DNA from: Trichoplax adhaerens
Taxonomy: Eukaryota; Animalia; Placozoa
Length of the DNA stretch: 64,000 nucleotides
NCBI RefSeq assembly: GCF_000150275.1
Contig: NW_002060943.1
Coordinates: 5,972,008 to 6,036,007, forward strand
Reading direction: 5' to 3'
The translations under genes and the position numbers were made by a program. How positions within the stretch are numbered: position 1 is the first letter of the stretch; each line of letters begins with the position of its first letter. Shown piece after piece: positions 1 through 13,416 of this stretch. Under the pieces are notes generated by a model. The model worked only from the letters and a program-made list of their open reading frames with translations, searched no databases and was not told the DNA's origin.

Positions 1-490
1 AACATTGACCAAGATGTCTATCTCGAATGATGCTATCATAATAGAAAACATCGATTCGAATCTTGACAACATTATGCAACTATGTCCAAGGATGGCGCTG
101 TACTCATACTACTACATCTGTATATACTGTACTGTCTCTAGAAAATACTAGGAGTGAATTCAGAAAGTAAACTAGCTGTGAGATCTAATATTACGGAAAC
201 CTGCAATAAGGACGACAATGTAGTCAAAGAGATGGACTTACAAAATAAGGGACTACCTAGGATCGATCTATCCTATATGCTATAAGATTGCTACAAGATC
301 GCCATTTGTCAAGACCGTTTGAAACGATACTGGCTACCTTATGGCCTTTGCAGTCTGACTAGAGTCTATACGGTAGTTTAACGTGGACAGAGTACCGATT
401 GATCAAGACTTTGGAAGGGTAGACAAATCAATTGAGCAATTGGGTTATGATTGATTTATGGTATGAAAGATTGGAGTTAATCTTACTCAC

Positions 491-715
491 CGCTTCGGTC
501 ATCAGTGGACAGTAACAAGCTAAAATGACTGTTGTTACAATATTGACTGCTAACCCAAGGGAGGTTATAAGATTTGGAGCTAGCCATAGTGGCACTTGCT
601 TGACTAACCAACACCAGTACGTTTGCAGAAAGCTTTCCGTTGCAGACTGACCAATAACCGAATATTGATGCTGCTTAAGACGATCTAATTGTTGTTTTGT
701 TAGGTAGCCAATCAT
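491..715 (-). CDS. CEPT1: Choline/ethanolamine phosphotransferase (CEPT1/CHPT1 family), first coding exon; the rest of the gene lies left of the window
   Basis: Translation MIGYLTKQQLDRLKQHQYS...YWCWLVKQVPLWLAPNLITSLG...YCPLMTEA matches the conserved CEPT1/CHPT1 N-terminus (L.RL..H.YS; P.WLAPNLIT..G). The exon is 75 codons followed by the donor GCG|gtgagt at 490. Confidence 0.88.
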
Positions 716-999
716 CTCTACTAGCTAATGAGAATAATGACTGTCAGATTGGAGCTTGTCTCTCAAGGAAATAGTCAAATTAATTGTGTACACTCTTCAC
801 TTTGCTCAATTTCTTTTCCAGTCCGCTTTCAAATGTTGGCGATCCAAACACTCACGTTTGCCTCTGCTCATGCACCCGATGAGCAGTGCGCATGACAGAT
901 GATGGTGTGACCTAGATGGGGCCCATCATGGACCTACCACAGCTTGACCTTAGACAAAAGGATATTACTTGATGGACACCGTGAATTGCGCATGTCATG

Positions 1000-1700
1000 G
1001 TAGTGTACCGTAGTGTCCTTTGCAGTAAGTACTGTAGAATGCAGTATTTTGAATACAGTACAGTACAGTACAGTACAGTACAGTACAGTATGTCAAATCC
1101 ATTCAATAAATAGGCCTGTATTATTATCATAATATACAGGCCTGTTTCATGAATTTGATGTACAGTATTCAGAATACTCCATTCTACAGGACTGTACGAC
1201 AGCGACTGTACATCCAGAGTCTTGAAGTTGGCCTTTGACTTCATTGACTTGAATTGTCCACTTGGTCCACGTTGCACAACTGTACTGTACACTGTACGGT
1301 GTCATGGGCTACTGAAAGTACTGTACTGTAGATTGAGCAGTCCATGACTGTGTCAGTTTATGAAAAGTTCTTCGCTGAAACTGGCAGCCATTTCAGCTAA
1401 GTACATTAAGAACTTTTCCATCAACTGGCGGGGGTCTAGCGAAGACTTCGAACTCCCGGAAAAAGTTCATACCGTACTATCAACGTAGCTTAATAATAAG
1501 GAGAGGCTTATAACAGATGTACAACTTACACGTCCAAATTTACTGACTGTATCATAAAGCTGCAACTGAAAAGTTAGAGTACAGCGTACTGTAATAGGTG
1601 TACAGTGTATGGACTGTAGACTGTAGACTGTACTGGAACTGTTGGCAAGTGTATCACTGAATACCGCTGCAGCGGCTATACTCATTGTATAGTGTAGTAA
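1000..1700. repeat. CAGTA/TACTG (ACAGT-family) microsatellite cluster in divergent promoter region
   Basis: Perfect (CAGTA)7 at 1056-1090 plus many degenerate TACAGTA/TACTGTA units in both orientations, between the CEPT1 start (-) and a + strand locus. Confidence 0.9.
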
Positions 1701-2285
1701 CTTTAACTATGGTTTGGTTCAGACACGGTCCAAGATCACGACAATACTAAACTGTATGACAGTGGCCGGGCCGCAATCCCAACGAGAAGGCTACTACCAG
1801 CTTACGAGTACTTGGCATTAGTCAGAAATTGGACACTGTTGTACACAACTTGCAAGAAATCAAATGAGAAAGCAGAAAGTCTCTGCCTAAAAATTGAAAT
1901 TGGTAAGCTGATGTTCGACGTTTTATGCCTGATTGATTGATAGCGTCGTCATTAAGAATTGGCGTCCAAATATATCGACACAACGCGTACACTTAGACGA
2001 GTACAGTAGTAATTATTGTCAAGTCGAAATTGTTCAGTCACGATATCAATGCATACTAGTCATGATATCCTGTACAGTATAGTATTGGAAATGGATCTCG
2101 ACTTGAAATAAGTTAAATTTACTTCGAAACTACTTACTACACAAGATAAAACCTTATGCTTTATCAAGTCTAGTAGCAGTGCTGTAGCACACTTACTGTA
2201 TGCATACTGTATAGTTATAGTTCTTTTGCAGTACTCTACAATGGATGATGTACTCTTATGCTTACTAGATCTAGTGATGCTTTGA

Positions 2286-3433
2286 ATGGAACATGCAGTG
2301 GTACAGAAATATATCGTATTGTAAGATATCGCCTACATTCAGATATGATTGAACGTAAATTACTCGCTTTTTTCCTACAACTCTTAGGAAATACAAGATG
2401 TCACAAGAAGCAAATACTAACCTGTCTGAGAAAACCCAGAAGATGCAAGAGTTAATCTTCAATGTTATGAGGCTTATTTCCTTTAGTTTACAGAAGTATG
2501 TCAATATGGCTACTTCATCGAGTACGGAATTACCCAAGTAAGTAGATCATGAACGAGGAGATTGCAGACACATAGTCTTGTATTTCGAGACAACTGATTG
2601 AGTCAACTGATACTGTCAAGTAGCAACTTTACGTGTACATGGAGCTGTAGTCAAGCTAATTTGTTGTAGTGCGTATTAGGTAAATAAGAATTGAACTAAA
2701 GTGCTAAACTCACGGCACTACACGAGCTTTGAAAGTCAACTAATAGCAGACGCTATACTGCACGCCAGTATTAATGGTTTGCCTCCGAGGATAGGCATAC
2801 TTATACACTGATAATGAATGAGCGTACATGGAAAGAAAATACCTTGATCTTCCATGTGAAGGTAAATGAATTAATTGTCTCACTGCTTTCTTAGCCCAGC
2901 AGCTGTCCACTCTAGCTTGATGAATTTCAGCAAACAACTTGACATAGCACTAACGCGATTTTATTCTGCGTGTGATCAACTAGAAATAAACGTAAGTTGA
3001 AAGGATGAACTAAGCGCATTTTAGTATTTTTTTCGTAAAATGGATGATTTTGACATTGATAAGTCATTGCAGTTGTAAATACAGTACAGCTGATTTCATT
3101 TGACTTAATTTGTTATCTCACATGTCGTTCGACATGCACTATGCAATAATTTGTAAATTCCAGATATTTCCTGTCAATTAAATGCTTACTGTAGATTGCC
3201 GTTAGAAACTTAAGCGATCTTGTCCTTCTCCAAGTATATCTCAGTTACCTCTTGAATTTTAGGTCAAATTACGAATCGAAGAAATTAAGTACAAGTCAAT
3301 TGTGGGAGAAATTCTATCGAACGCTGTGACGAATAATACTACGTATAGTCAGGACTACGTTGATGAAATAAAAAGCCATGTTGATTGTGTCAATAGGCTA
3401 CATGAACTGTTATCCGATTTTGTAAAGAACTGA
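2286..3433 (+). CDS. Putative multi-exon gene, ~150 aa protein of unknown function
   Basis: Phase-compatible GT-AG chain: 2286-2320, 2388-2536, ~2796-2861, ~3195-3233, ~3263-3433. It reads MEHAVVQKYIVLKYKMSQEANTNLSEKTQKMQELIFNVMR...VKLRIEEIKYKSIVGEILSNAV...VNRLHELLSDFVKN*. There is an upstream exon ending at donor 1902. No family recognised and one acceptor is weak. Confidence 0.3.
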
Positions 3434-4213
3434 AATACTTCCTTGTATTACATAAGAAATGTTAGTTATGTATATGTATAGTACACTCATTGATTAAAAT
3501 TATGTCCTACTATAATAATTTAGCTTTATTACTGATAGACGCCTACTATCCAGTCTAATTTCAAAAATAGGATTGCCATACATCGCAATGAATTTAAGAT
3601 CACCAATGGTGGATGCTAGTGTCGCTTGATTGTACATGAACACTTATTGACTTGCAAATTACTATTGGAAAAAGCTTTTAAAATTCCATTGCAATCGAAT
3701 CAATGATCAAAAGTCATTCTTTTGTGTAATATATGAGGAACGGTGAACAATGTATTAATCGTACTGTGCTAGTTATGACAACTCTGTGTACTCATTTATG
3801 TATTTTTCAGTACTGTAGTTGTTGACAACGTTCCACTCCAGATATTATGTATAATAATTCATTGTATTAAATTAAATTCGATCTTTTTATAAGATATTAC
3901 CGCAGCAACAAACAGGTATTGCACATGAAATAAAATATTCCTTCAATGTAATCATTTATACGTAAAAATTTAGTTAGTACAGCATTTATGTATATCGACG
4001 TATTGCATATCAAGCAATATCCAACATATTACATATCAAAGTACTTCACATCGCATAATCGCTACTTAAAAAAGAATTCCGATTAAAAAGCTAAAGCAGA
4101 TTTCTATATCAATACGTTTTTAGCAATCACTCAACACTTCTGGATGTGATTCATGCTCGCAATTGTTATAATAGCTTCCAAAACTGACGGCAAAAATTCA
4201 AGCTATAATAAAT

Positions 4214-7200
4214 TTAGCTCTCAGAATCTTCAGATTCCCCCAAATATTCTCCTTCTAACTGCTTTATTTCTTCCTCAGTCATCAATTCCCAGTTGTCAGT
4301 ATTTACATCTCCCAAGAGATCGCGCAGAGGAATATTTAAATAGTCATCTTCACACGCCAAACTAGTCTGACTAATAATAAAAAAAAGTACGAACAACTTC
4401 GAATTAATGGCTGTCAACCATTACCCTACAACAAATACAAGAGATAGTCACAATCGCTCAGATGTTGTCACTCTAACCTAATTTCTGGCTCAGCGTTATC
4501 GCACGATGCTTCCGAAGTACTGACGTTCAATTCTGAAATGCCGGTGCTATCTTCACAAGTAGCTGTCTTCTTAATAAGTGTTACGTCTGCTGCTTGATAC
4601 GTTTCTATGTCGTTCTTTGCGTTAGTATTACTTTTTTCACAGTTTGGATGAACGTTTTGCTCTCTTACAGTATTGCAATCACCCGACTCGAGCATCCCAT
4701 GCTTCTAAATTGCAAAAATTTATAAAGAATTTAGCTTAAATTCTCACTGCAATACGAGATTTTCATTCTCAAATCACTATTTATCCAGTCGCTAGACATA
4801 ACAACATCAACACATTCTGAAATGGAAAGAACCTATTTGTTTATGAACCTTTTGGGACTGTCCTTTCGGATCTCTATTTCGTCTCGAGTTGTAATTATAC
4901 GAAAAACAGCCTGAAATTTAATAAATGCAAACAATTTACATATCCTGCAAGTATAGAAAGATCCAAGTACCCATCTAGAAACCCTATTTATACGCGTATA
5001 ATACGGTATTGCTTTTTATGTTGTTTAACCCTTTAATAGATGCCACTTTATTAAGCTTACTTAAAATCAGATTATCAAATTATCTTGCAAGGATAGAAAG
5101 CTGAAATTTATAGATTTATCATTAAAACAAACAACTCTCACACAATTTCGATTTGTTTTAACTACCTTCCTGCTCTCGAAATACATTCCAGTATTGTTTT
5201 CCGGTCCTCATGCCATAATTACTGGAAGGTGAATACCGCTTCAATACAGGCCTAAAATTGTAGTGTTCTCTTCTACCTGCATAAATATTCCAAATTTCAT
5301 TTTAGTTATTAATAGCGCATCCACTGGTTGAAGTTTAAATATCGCAGAATTAACCAAATATCTACAGTAAAATTCAAAGAGTTTATTCTTTGATCTCTCC
5401 GTTCTATGGTTAACAATATTACAGCTTGCCAGTTTCCTCAACGGTAGATCCCTTTTGGATCAGAATTACTGATAAAGTTACATTGTCAACTGAATTTGTA
5501 ACACAGAGTCAGTATTATCATGATCTAAAGCACTTTCTGCCGTAATATTCGTTAATACCTAATTCATTATTTGCAACACTGAATCGCTACAACGTGATCA
5601 GACGAAATAAGTGTCGTCACAGTAGGAGAATGGCATAATTACAGCAGGCAACTGTAGCCAAATCTCTCCTCTGACGCAAATTACATCATCACTTCAGTTT
5701 TATTCCTAAGAGATACTGCAATCAATACTACAGCCTAGATTTCTTACCTCTCAGATCTTGAGTCACCGCCCGGTTCTTTAGCATACTATCAGCATAGCTA
5801 TTTCTCTTCATTAGCGATTGAAATCATATTCAATAAAATATAACACCTTTAGAAAATGTTTGTCCTTCAGCGTATTGTCGTTCATTAAGTTAATCACTTA
5901 GAGAGGTTACCTTTAAAGAGAGTACAATTACTACAAATCTATACAAAAACGACCCTTACGCAATATTACGATTATTATAATTTTAGCGAATTTATTTAAG
6001 GCGGAAGTCTACACTAACAGCGTTGACGCATAAAAATATGAGTACTTAAGTTAAGCTAACGACTTACGAAATTCTATCTAGTTACGAGACAAACTGACTG
6101 ATAAATAGAGTATAAATCCAATCACTTAACAAATTTCAAATTCTTTACGTTAATAATATTAATATATTTAACGTTACAATTTTATTCTAAGCGTATTTTC
6201 TGATATACCCGACGAACGTTGCTATATCCACCAGAATAATTGTAAGAGTGGTAGTTTTGATTGGTGTCATTCCTCTCCATATTGGCAAGTAATTGATTTC
6301 TTACGTCTGATAAAAGTAAATTTCTGCCTTAGCCGACGTCCAACGAAGGAAATCTTTTATAAAACCAAAATATCCCCACAAGTGCACAGATCTTCAGTAC
6401 TTCTAGAAATCAGTGCAATGCGTGTATATTAATTAAAAAGTAGCAAATAGGTCTATGATTTAAGTAGTTTCAATACGCGTATGGTAGCGAGTTCAGTCAA
6501 GGCTAAGTCGAAAATTATGCGTATGAGCTTTGTCACGGTCCCATTTAGCAGAAATTAAAACATCAAAACAAGCTTCTAGACTTTCGACTGTGCAAATCTA
6601 CAATTCTAAAATTACAGTGCTGTACTGTACTGGTCTACAGCATTGCACAATGTAGAGTATAATTTTACTAAGTAGAGTATCGACGTAGTTCATCAAGACT
6701 TCTGCTAGATATACGCGTATATGTTTTTTTTTATTGTAAATTTAACAGCAGGAAATACAAATATAGAGGGAGACACTTAGCAAATTCCATTCTTCACGCT
6801 GTAGCACAGATACTATAGTATTTAGTAATCCCATAACTGGATGTGAATATTTCATAAGGTACAGTCAGTAGCTGCGATCGTGATGACATACCCGTATAAA
6901 GGCAAAACATGTTATGACAGCTCTCAAACTACTGTAGCTATACGTATCATCCTACATTCCAGACTGTTGCTATGTTTAACTTGACACCTCTCTGCTTTTT
7001 ACAATTGATGGTATTCTAAATACTTCTGATGTTTTGGTTGATTTGAAAATGGTGCGAATAACTTCTACTACGTCCAAAGACAACTAATCGTGGACCAACC
7101 GGCCACAACAGTATGAGCAATCTAAGCGTGTCAGGCTGTGAAGAAAAGGTATTTCCATTGGCAATTTTATTGGCTGCAATCTGGAAAATATGGGAATTTT

Positions 7201-7900
7201 ACACCACTATTCAACGCCAATGTTGGTAAATTGCATCTACATGCGATCAAAATGGAAAAAAAAAGTGAGACTTGAACTTCACTTTTTCCCAGCTCGATCT
7301 CGTATTGATCAGTGCTGCAGATACTATGGAAACCCTCATTTTTCTCTTCTATACAGTACAGTAGCGTACACACCTGTGGTAATAATATTAAGATAGCGGC
7401 TGCGCGACTTCAAGGCTTGAGCGTCGATCTACAGTACGTACAGTACAATCGCTTTATAAGCTAAGAAAATCCTTTTCACAGATTTTAATGGTAGTAAAAT
7501 TATAAAATGTTGTAGGTTAAGAGTGCCTATGAGTTAACATTCATGTTAATGACGAAAGCGACGGACAGGCCTTCTTCCACTGAAAACACGCCAAACTCAG
7601 ATGATGTGATACTGCGGAATAATGTAATGATAAATCATTTTATCGTCTATGATTGCAACAATAGTAGCTAGGTTGAGAGAGAGAGCTCAATTTACGTTTT
7701 TCAATTTAGTTTCCTTTGAGATATTGCCAAAGGTAGAGAGACACTTGTAATGATGCACAGTATCGCTATGGAGTTGGGGTCCACCTACGGTAGTGAGCTA
7801 CTATTTTACGGGTTCAATTTTCTTTTCCACGTGCTACAAACGACCATTTGCCCAAGACTACCAGTGATGACTGAACCGTCTGTTGGCTGTAACGTTTCAT
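4214..7900 (-). CDS. Unidentified multi-exon protein-coding gene with an acidic C-terminus
   Basis: Phase-consistent exons on the - strand: EEKNEGFHSICSTDQYEIELGKSEVQ | IAANKIANGNTFSSQPDTLRLLILLWPVGPRLVVFG | VRNQLLANMERNDTNQNYHSYNYSGGYSNVRR | YADSMLKNRAVTQDLR | GRREHYNFRPVLKRY...KQYWNVFREQE | GCFSYNYNSRRNRDPKGQSQK | KHGMLESGD...EPEI | LACEDDYLNIPLRDLLG...ESEDSES*. The 5' exons and start codon (candidate ATG ~7900) are uncertain. Confidence 0.6.
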
Positions 7901-8034
7901 TCTATCTTCTTTATTAACGTTTCCACTGGCAAGCTTGCAAGTGTTGACAGTCAGTCGGAGGCATAGAGCCTAACGGTTTGAACCGAACCTTTCTCAGGTC
8001 TAGTCCGGAGCTAGTGAGGTTCCACCGTTCCAGT

Positions 8035-9170
8035 CATACAGTACAGTACGGCGTGTCGTACTGTAGTACCGTACTGTACGGTCTTGTGTCCAAACTTGAA
8101 ATACTGTACAGTACTGTACAGTACAGTACAGTACTGAGTACTGTAGACTGCTTCACACTTCCAGTGGTGACAGTACTGTACAATGTCATCCGTTTTCTTG
8201 GATATGTTTGAATAGTTCAAACTATTAGTAAAATGCTCAAGAAAGACCAATGGTTGTGAACCTTCCTATGCGGTCGTGTGTAAAAACTTTAAGGCAAAAT
8301 TACTTATATGCCACAGCATATTTTCGTATTTACTAATATGCCACTGGAAACTTCAGTAATTGCGCACGCGTAGTGGTATATCATGATACAAAGTACTGTT
8401 ACTAGAGTATATATACAGTGTATAAAGTACAGTAAATCGTTCTATACACTACTGTACTGTACAGTACAGTAGTACGGACAGTGCGGTACTGTACCGTAGT
8501 GCAGCCATTAGCTGCACCGTACGGTATAGTACTGTACGGTGCGAATTCAAAATTCAATATTTTGTAGAATCACGGTAATAAGGCTAGTACAGTTACTGTA
8601 CTGTAAATTAGGTTAAAAATGGTGATAAGCATGGACTGAGAGTGCGTAGATCGTGTCATGACTATAATGGCATATTAGTAAATTACTGAAATTTCCAATG
8701 GCATATTAGTAATTATGAAACTATACAGTGGCAAATCAGTAATTTCGTCAAACTTTAAATATGCCAACTACAAATTCCAGATTCTCGTAGAAAATGATCC
8801 ACTCCTTTGATTCTAAAAGCGTTCTACTGTACTGTCCTGTACAGTACTGTACAGTACATGTATAGTGTCCATACTGTACACTGTACAGTATTTATTCCGT
8901 ATTTATACAGTACAGTACTGTACCGTACAGTACAGTACAGTACAGTACTACAGTATACGGTAGAAAAACTTTGAATGCTGTACAGTGTACAGTGTATAGT
9001 ACGGTAGAGTTGGTACAGTACATTGTACAGTACAGTTGGTACAAGTTGGTACAGTACATTGTACGGAGTGATAGTCATACTGTACAGTGTACACTGTACA
9101 GTACGGACAGGACAGTCAACTGGACTGGCTGCAGTACCGTACGATTGCGCAGTATACACGACATGTAGTA
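8035..9170. repeat. CAGTA/TACTG microsatellite cluster in divergent promoter (unknown gene / PHRF1)
   Basis: Dense tacagtac/tactgtac arrays at ~8035-8180, ~8390-8605 (inside the MITE) and ~8820-9170. Confidence 0.9.
8293..8749. mobile_element. Non-autonomous Mutator-like (MULE) MITE, 457 bp
   Basis: Terminal inverted repeats at 8293-8361 and 8681-8749 (69 bp, 11 mismatches by manual alignment). An identical 9-bp direct repeat AAACTTTAA flanks both ends (8284-8292 and 8750-8758). The TIRs contain internal TTACTAATATGCCA-like subrepeats and there is no ORF. A 9-bp TSD with long G-initiated TIRs is characteristic of Mutator elements. Confidence 0.85.
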
Positions 9171-9264
9171 CATGGTGTGACGTCTACTCGTAGCAATCTT
9201 GGTCTTCGCCATTTTCTCCAAATGATAATATCGTCATTGAAAATTGGGAGTAGTATAATCAATC

Positions 9265-12200
9265 ATGGCAACGGCATTAATCAATGATATTTTGTCAGAT
9301 TCTACCTCCAGTGATGACGATTCCTGGATACAAGACGATGATGACAACGGTACGGTATCTACAGCGTAGAAGGGTTTTTAATGAAGGGAATAAAAGGCGT
9401 GCACAGTATTCAAATGTAGTCAATGTTATGAATGAATGGGACGACACTGTAGGAAGACTAGCAAGAATTCATGACTGCAGCAGAGTTATGCACGATCGAT
9501 TATGACAGTATGGGTCTGTTCTTCTCCATTGAAACTAATGTAATCAGCTGATGGCATTCAATTCTAGTAGCCTCATCATTATGTTACAGACAGAAAATAA
9601 AGCAAACTAGGATGCCACTTCGCTGTTTCCATCATCGCTGCCATGATTGTCAACAAATGTACCAATTCATAGCAATTGCTCTACAGGGTTCTTCGCTAAT
9701 CACATCTTCAATCTTATCCATACTGTGCGCGTATACTATTGCATTGCTCAATTTTCCAATATCATCAGTTGTGAAATACAGTACTTCATCAATTCTATAC
9801 CCGGATTATCGCACAACAGAAGTTGAGATTGCGATCAACTGTCGATTTTACTCAGCTCTGAATTGCTGTTATTCGTGTTAACAATATAGGGGAAACAGTG
9901 GAAGAAAGCTGTGCAATATGCTTATCTCACTTTACTGATCAAATTATTGCCATACCAAATTCCTGTCAGCATATCTTCTGCTTGCCTTGTATCAATGAAT
10001 GGTCAAAGGTAAAATTATCATAACTCACTTATCAATATTCCTATCAAATGTACAATACAACGTAGCTTTGATTCTAATCAACAACAACATGCATATCAAT
10101 AAAATACTGTATGCTATTTCTCCACGTTCTGATACATATAAACTTGAAGTAGATTGATTTAGAATTGACATTGTAAAATCTTGCAATAGATTGACTAAAA
10201 TAGATAATATACAGTGATCTGTACACTTGCAGCACTCGTGTGCGTCAAATACAGTACAATTTGCTTAACTTGAGACCTCTAATTATCCTGTGGATAAACA
10301 TCTGCATGTCTAACTGTCCTCAAAGAGCACATAGTTACAATATTGAAAAAGTTAAAACATAGAACGATCCAATTTTGAACATTAGGATAAAAGTGAAAGC
10401 TACTATTTGCTACAACGATCATCTTCAAAGCGCCTATAATAGTGTCTGCTTACCTAATAAGGTCCTCAAATTTTTTCATCAAATCGATGTATATTTATAT
10501 GGGATATAATAACTAGTACACAATAACATAGCTAACTGCAAGTTAATGCATAACTAAATCGAGAATATGATGACGAAATAAACGAAGAAATCAAGTGGAT
10601 GACCTAAATCTATTTCAATTTACAGCTGGCTAACACTTGCCCTATTGATCGTGTCACCTTTCAAACACTACGCGTTTTTCGTTTCATTCATGGAGATAAA
10701 GTAGATGAAGTAAGCACGAGCAAAGTCAATCTCGTCAATATACTAAAAAGATGAAACTATATTATGAAATACACTTTACCGAATTATTTTGTAGATAGTC
10801 ATTGAAAAAATGAATGAAGATACGGACGAAAGTGATCTCGACCTAACCTACTGTGAAGTAAGGAGTGCATCATAATGATACAATACTACATGAATACATG
10901 TACCAGTAGCCATAATCATGGTTGCCTATATGTACTGTACTGTACTTGCTGACACTGAATTCATTAGCTACAATATATTGTCCTTCTATGCTAGATTGTG
11001 ATGCTAGTTCTAGTAAACAATCACATATTTACAAATAGAAACGAAGTGTGTATTAATGTAAACAATTACCAGTTTTTATTAACTTAGCTCGATTGTAAAC
11101 TACTACTATTTACGATCCACATTCATCCTTACCATTTAAAGGTATGTAACGAATGCAATCGCGAGGATCGCTTGTTATTGTGTGACGGATGTAATAAAGG
11201 GTAAGTAGAGAAACTCTATCAAAGCAATACAGACTGTATAGGTTGGACTAAAGTAGATGCATGCTTAATCGCATACTATACGTATATTAGTGTATTTAAA
11301 GGACACGGCTGTAGCTTATATCGCGACAGTCTAAGATCATGATAATGTAAAGTATAAGGTCCTGTATGGTGCATGAAGTATAACGAGTGAGGGATCGACT
11401 AGTCTTTAATGAAATTTTTCAAATACAAATCCAGATTGACATTTAGGAGAATGAAAAATGCCGTAAAAGATAATAACTGATAACTTAATAAATCGTTTGC
11501 TTTTACTTTAGATACCATTGTGAATGTCTAACTCCCCCATTGGAACATATTCCTATCGACGATTGGTTTTGTCCTGATTGCTCAATTACTGAAAATATAG
11601 GTTCTTTAATCGATGCTAATCGAGTAGAGGTAACGAATGCGCCAAGTATTATTTCAGATAGTAGGAATCAGTCTAATACCAACAATGATGAGAACGAGTT
11701 GGAAGTAACACAATCATACTCAGATACCTATACTGGACGCAGGAGAAGGGAGAAAACGTATCGGAAACGACGTGTGAGTAGCACCTTGCTAAGATTATTA
11801 CCTTTTAAGTGAGAATATTAGCTCAAATCAATTAATTGGATCTTAGAAAACTAGTGCTAAAACTAGTTCTAAGAGATCAAGACCTAGAAGCAAAAAGGGT
11901 AGAAAGAGAAGGCGCACGCGATCAAAAGTATCTATAAGTAGAAGACAAAATAACCGACGTCAATCAGCTCGAACAGTTGCAAGCAGACACTTGCAATTCC
12001 TACTAGACAGAGTTCGAAGTAATCTAGAGGCTAAGAACCTTCTTCCGAGCAAATCAACGCCAAAGTCGATTATGACCAGTAATATGCACAGTAAAAGTTT
12101 TGTCGCTGGACCGTCTGTTTTAGGCATAACGAGTGACAATGGTCTTTTACCGTTTTACCCGAACGAAGATGAAGATATAAATCATCAAGGTACGACTAGA

Positions 12201-13416
12201 TAGTTATGTTTTATTAGCAATGCATAGTTTTTTGCTTTACATTCGCAAGTTATGAATTTTAGGAAATAATGATACCCGTGGTCACGGAAAAGGCTCTACG
12301 AAATATATGGAAATGGTTGTAACTTATCATTCCAGTCAACATCAAGAGGCTTTTAATAGGTATTTGCTTTTTATAGATAACTTGTTCATACTATAAATAC
12401 TGAAGTAAAACACTATAGATAAATATCTGAACTTTTGTGATATCATGTTGACTGTATCGTAATAATCCTAATTTTCACTATTTCTAACTGTATTTAGAAA
12501 TGATAATAATTATAATCAAATCAAAACTGTATCACCGATAGTCGATTATGTATCTAAAATAACCCAAGAAATTGAGAATTTAAGAAATATTAAAAATGCT
12601 TCTGTCCTACCTGATGGAAGTATTGTCATGCAAAAGTCTAATGGTAATGTATCATATTGACCATAATTGTTACTTACGAGCCTAGGCTTAAATTACGAAT
12701 TGGGTTTGCTGAAATTTTTATTTACTGTATTTTGCGATCTTACAAATATATTAGCTACCCCTAACAATCAAGTTACTGCGAGGAAGTCATCCAATGAAGT
12801 TGTATCAAGTACTTCTGCGATCGACTGTAGTACATATTCACCAAATTCCTCGCAATCGGAAGATCAGATGGATAATCGTAAGCAATCAACATCTAGTATT
12901 TCTCTATCCAGTGCAGTGGAAGCTAATTCTAAGCCAAAATTTAGAGAGTCGATGCGATCTGAGGTAAAAATAAAAGTTTCAATTTCATACGCTGATTTAT
13001 CACAATTATTATGATATATTTACAACCGCCTTATTATTTAATATGGTATCTTTATAATTAAAATCTATTTATCAATTTACGATAACTTTTGATACATATT
13101 TGATGCAGCACGTTCTGTATTATTGTTATATTATCATGCAGCTATTTAATAAAGTTAAAGAAACCGTAAGATCGTATGCTAAGCAGTACTTTCGTCATGG
13201 AGATATTGATAAAAACGAATACAAAGTCATCGTTAAAAAAACTATCGATAAGGTAAGACTTACTTTATTGCATATACTAATATACTGAAATATAAGATAT
13301 TTATCATCTAAATTTGGGATTAAAATAAATATTGTTGTCTTACNNNNNNNNNNNNNNNNNNNNNNNNNNNNNNNNNNNNNNNNNNNNNNNNNNATAAGGC
13401 GAAAGTCCATAATTAA
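9265..13416 (+). CDS. PHRF1: PHD and RING finger domain-containing protein 1 (RING + PHD + Arg/Ser-rich + C-terminal SRI-like domain)
   Basis: Exons 9265-9349, 9890-10008, 10626-10709, 10795-10857, 11142-11200, 11512-11773, 11847-12189, 12263-12359, 12498-12643, 12755-12963, 13142-13252. RING: CAICLSHF...CQHIFCLPCINEWSKLANTCPIDR. PHD: CEVCNECNREDRLLLCDGCNKGYHCECLTPPL...WFCPDC. SRI-like: VKETVRSYAKQYFRHGDIDKNEYKVIVKKTIDK. The last exon is apparently in the N gap, so the end at 13416 is tentative. Confidence 0.9.
13344..13393. other. Assembly gap (50 N)
   Basis: Run of N. It begins directly after a pyrimidine tract ending ...gtcttac, where the acceptor of the final PHRF1 exon would be expected. 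Confidence 0.99.

Noticed and set aside
1428-1460. tRNA-like fragments (GGGGGTCTAGC…TTCGAACTCCC)
   Set aside because: Far too short for a cloverleaf and no anticodon arm.
2232-2320. In-frame TGA (…VLYNG*CTL…) if exon 1902 is spliced to 2232, suggesting selenocysteine
   Set aside because: That frame has no start codon and closes in the next exon. I saw no selenoprotein-like fold or SECIS, and another frame explains the downstream exons.
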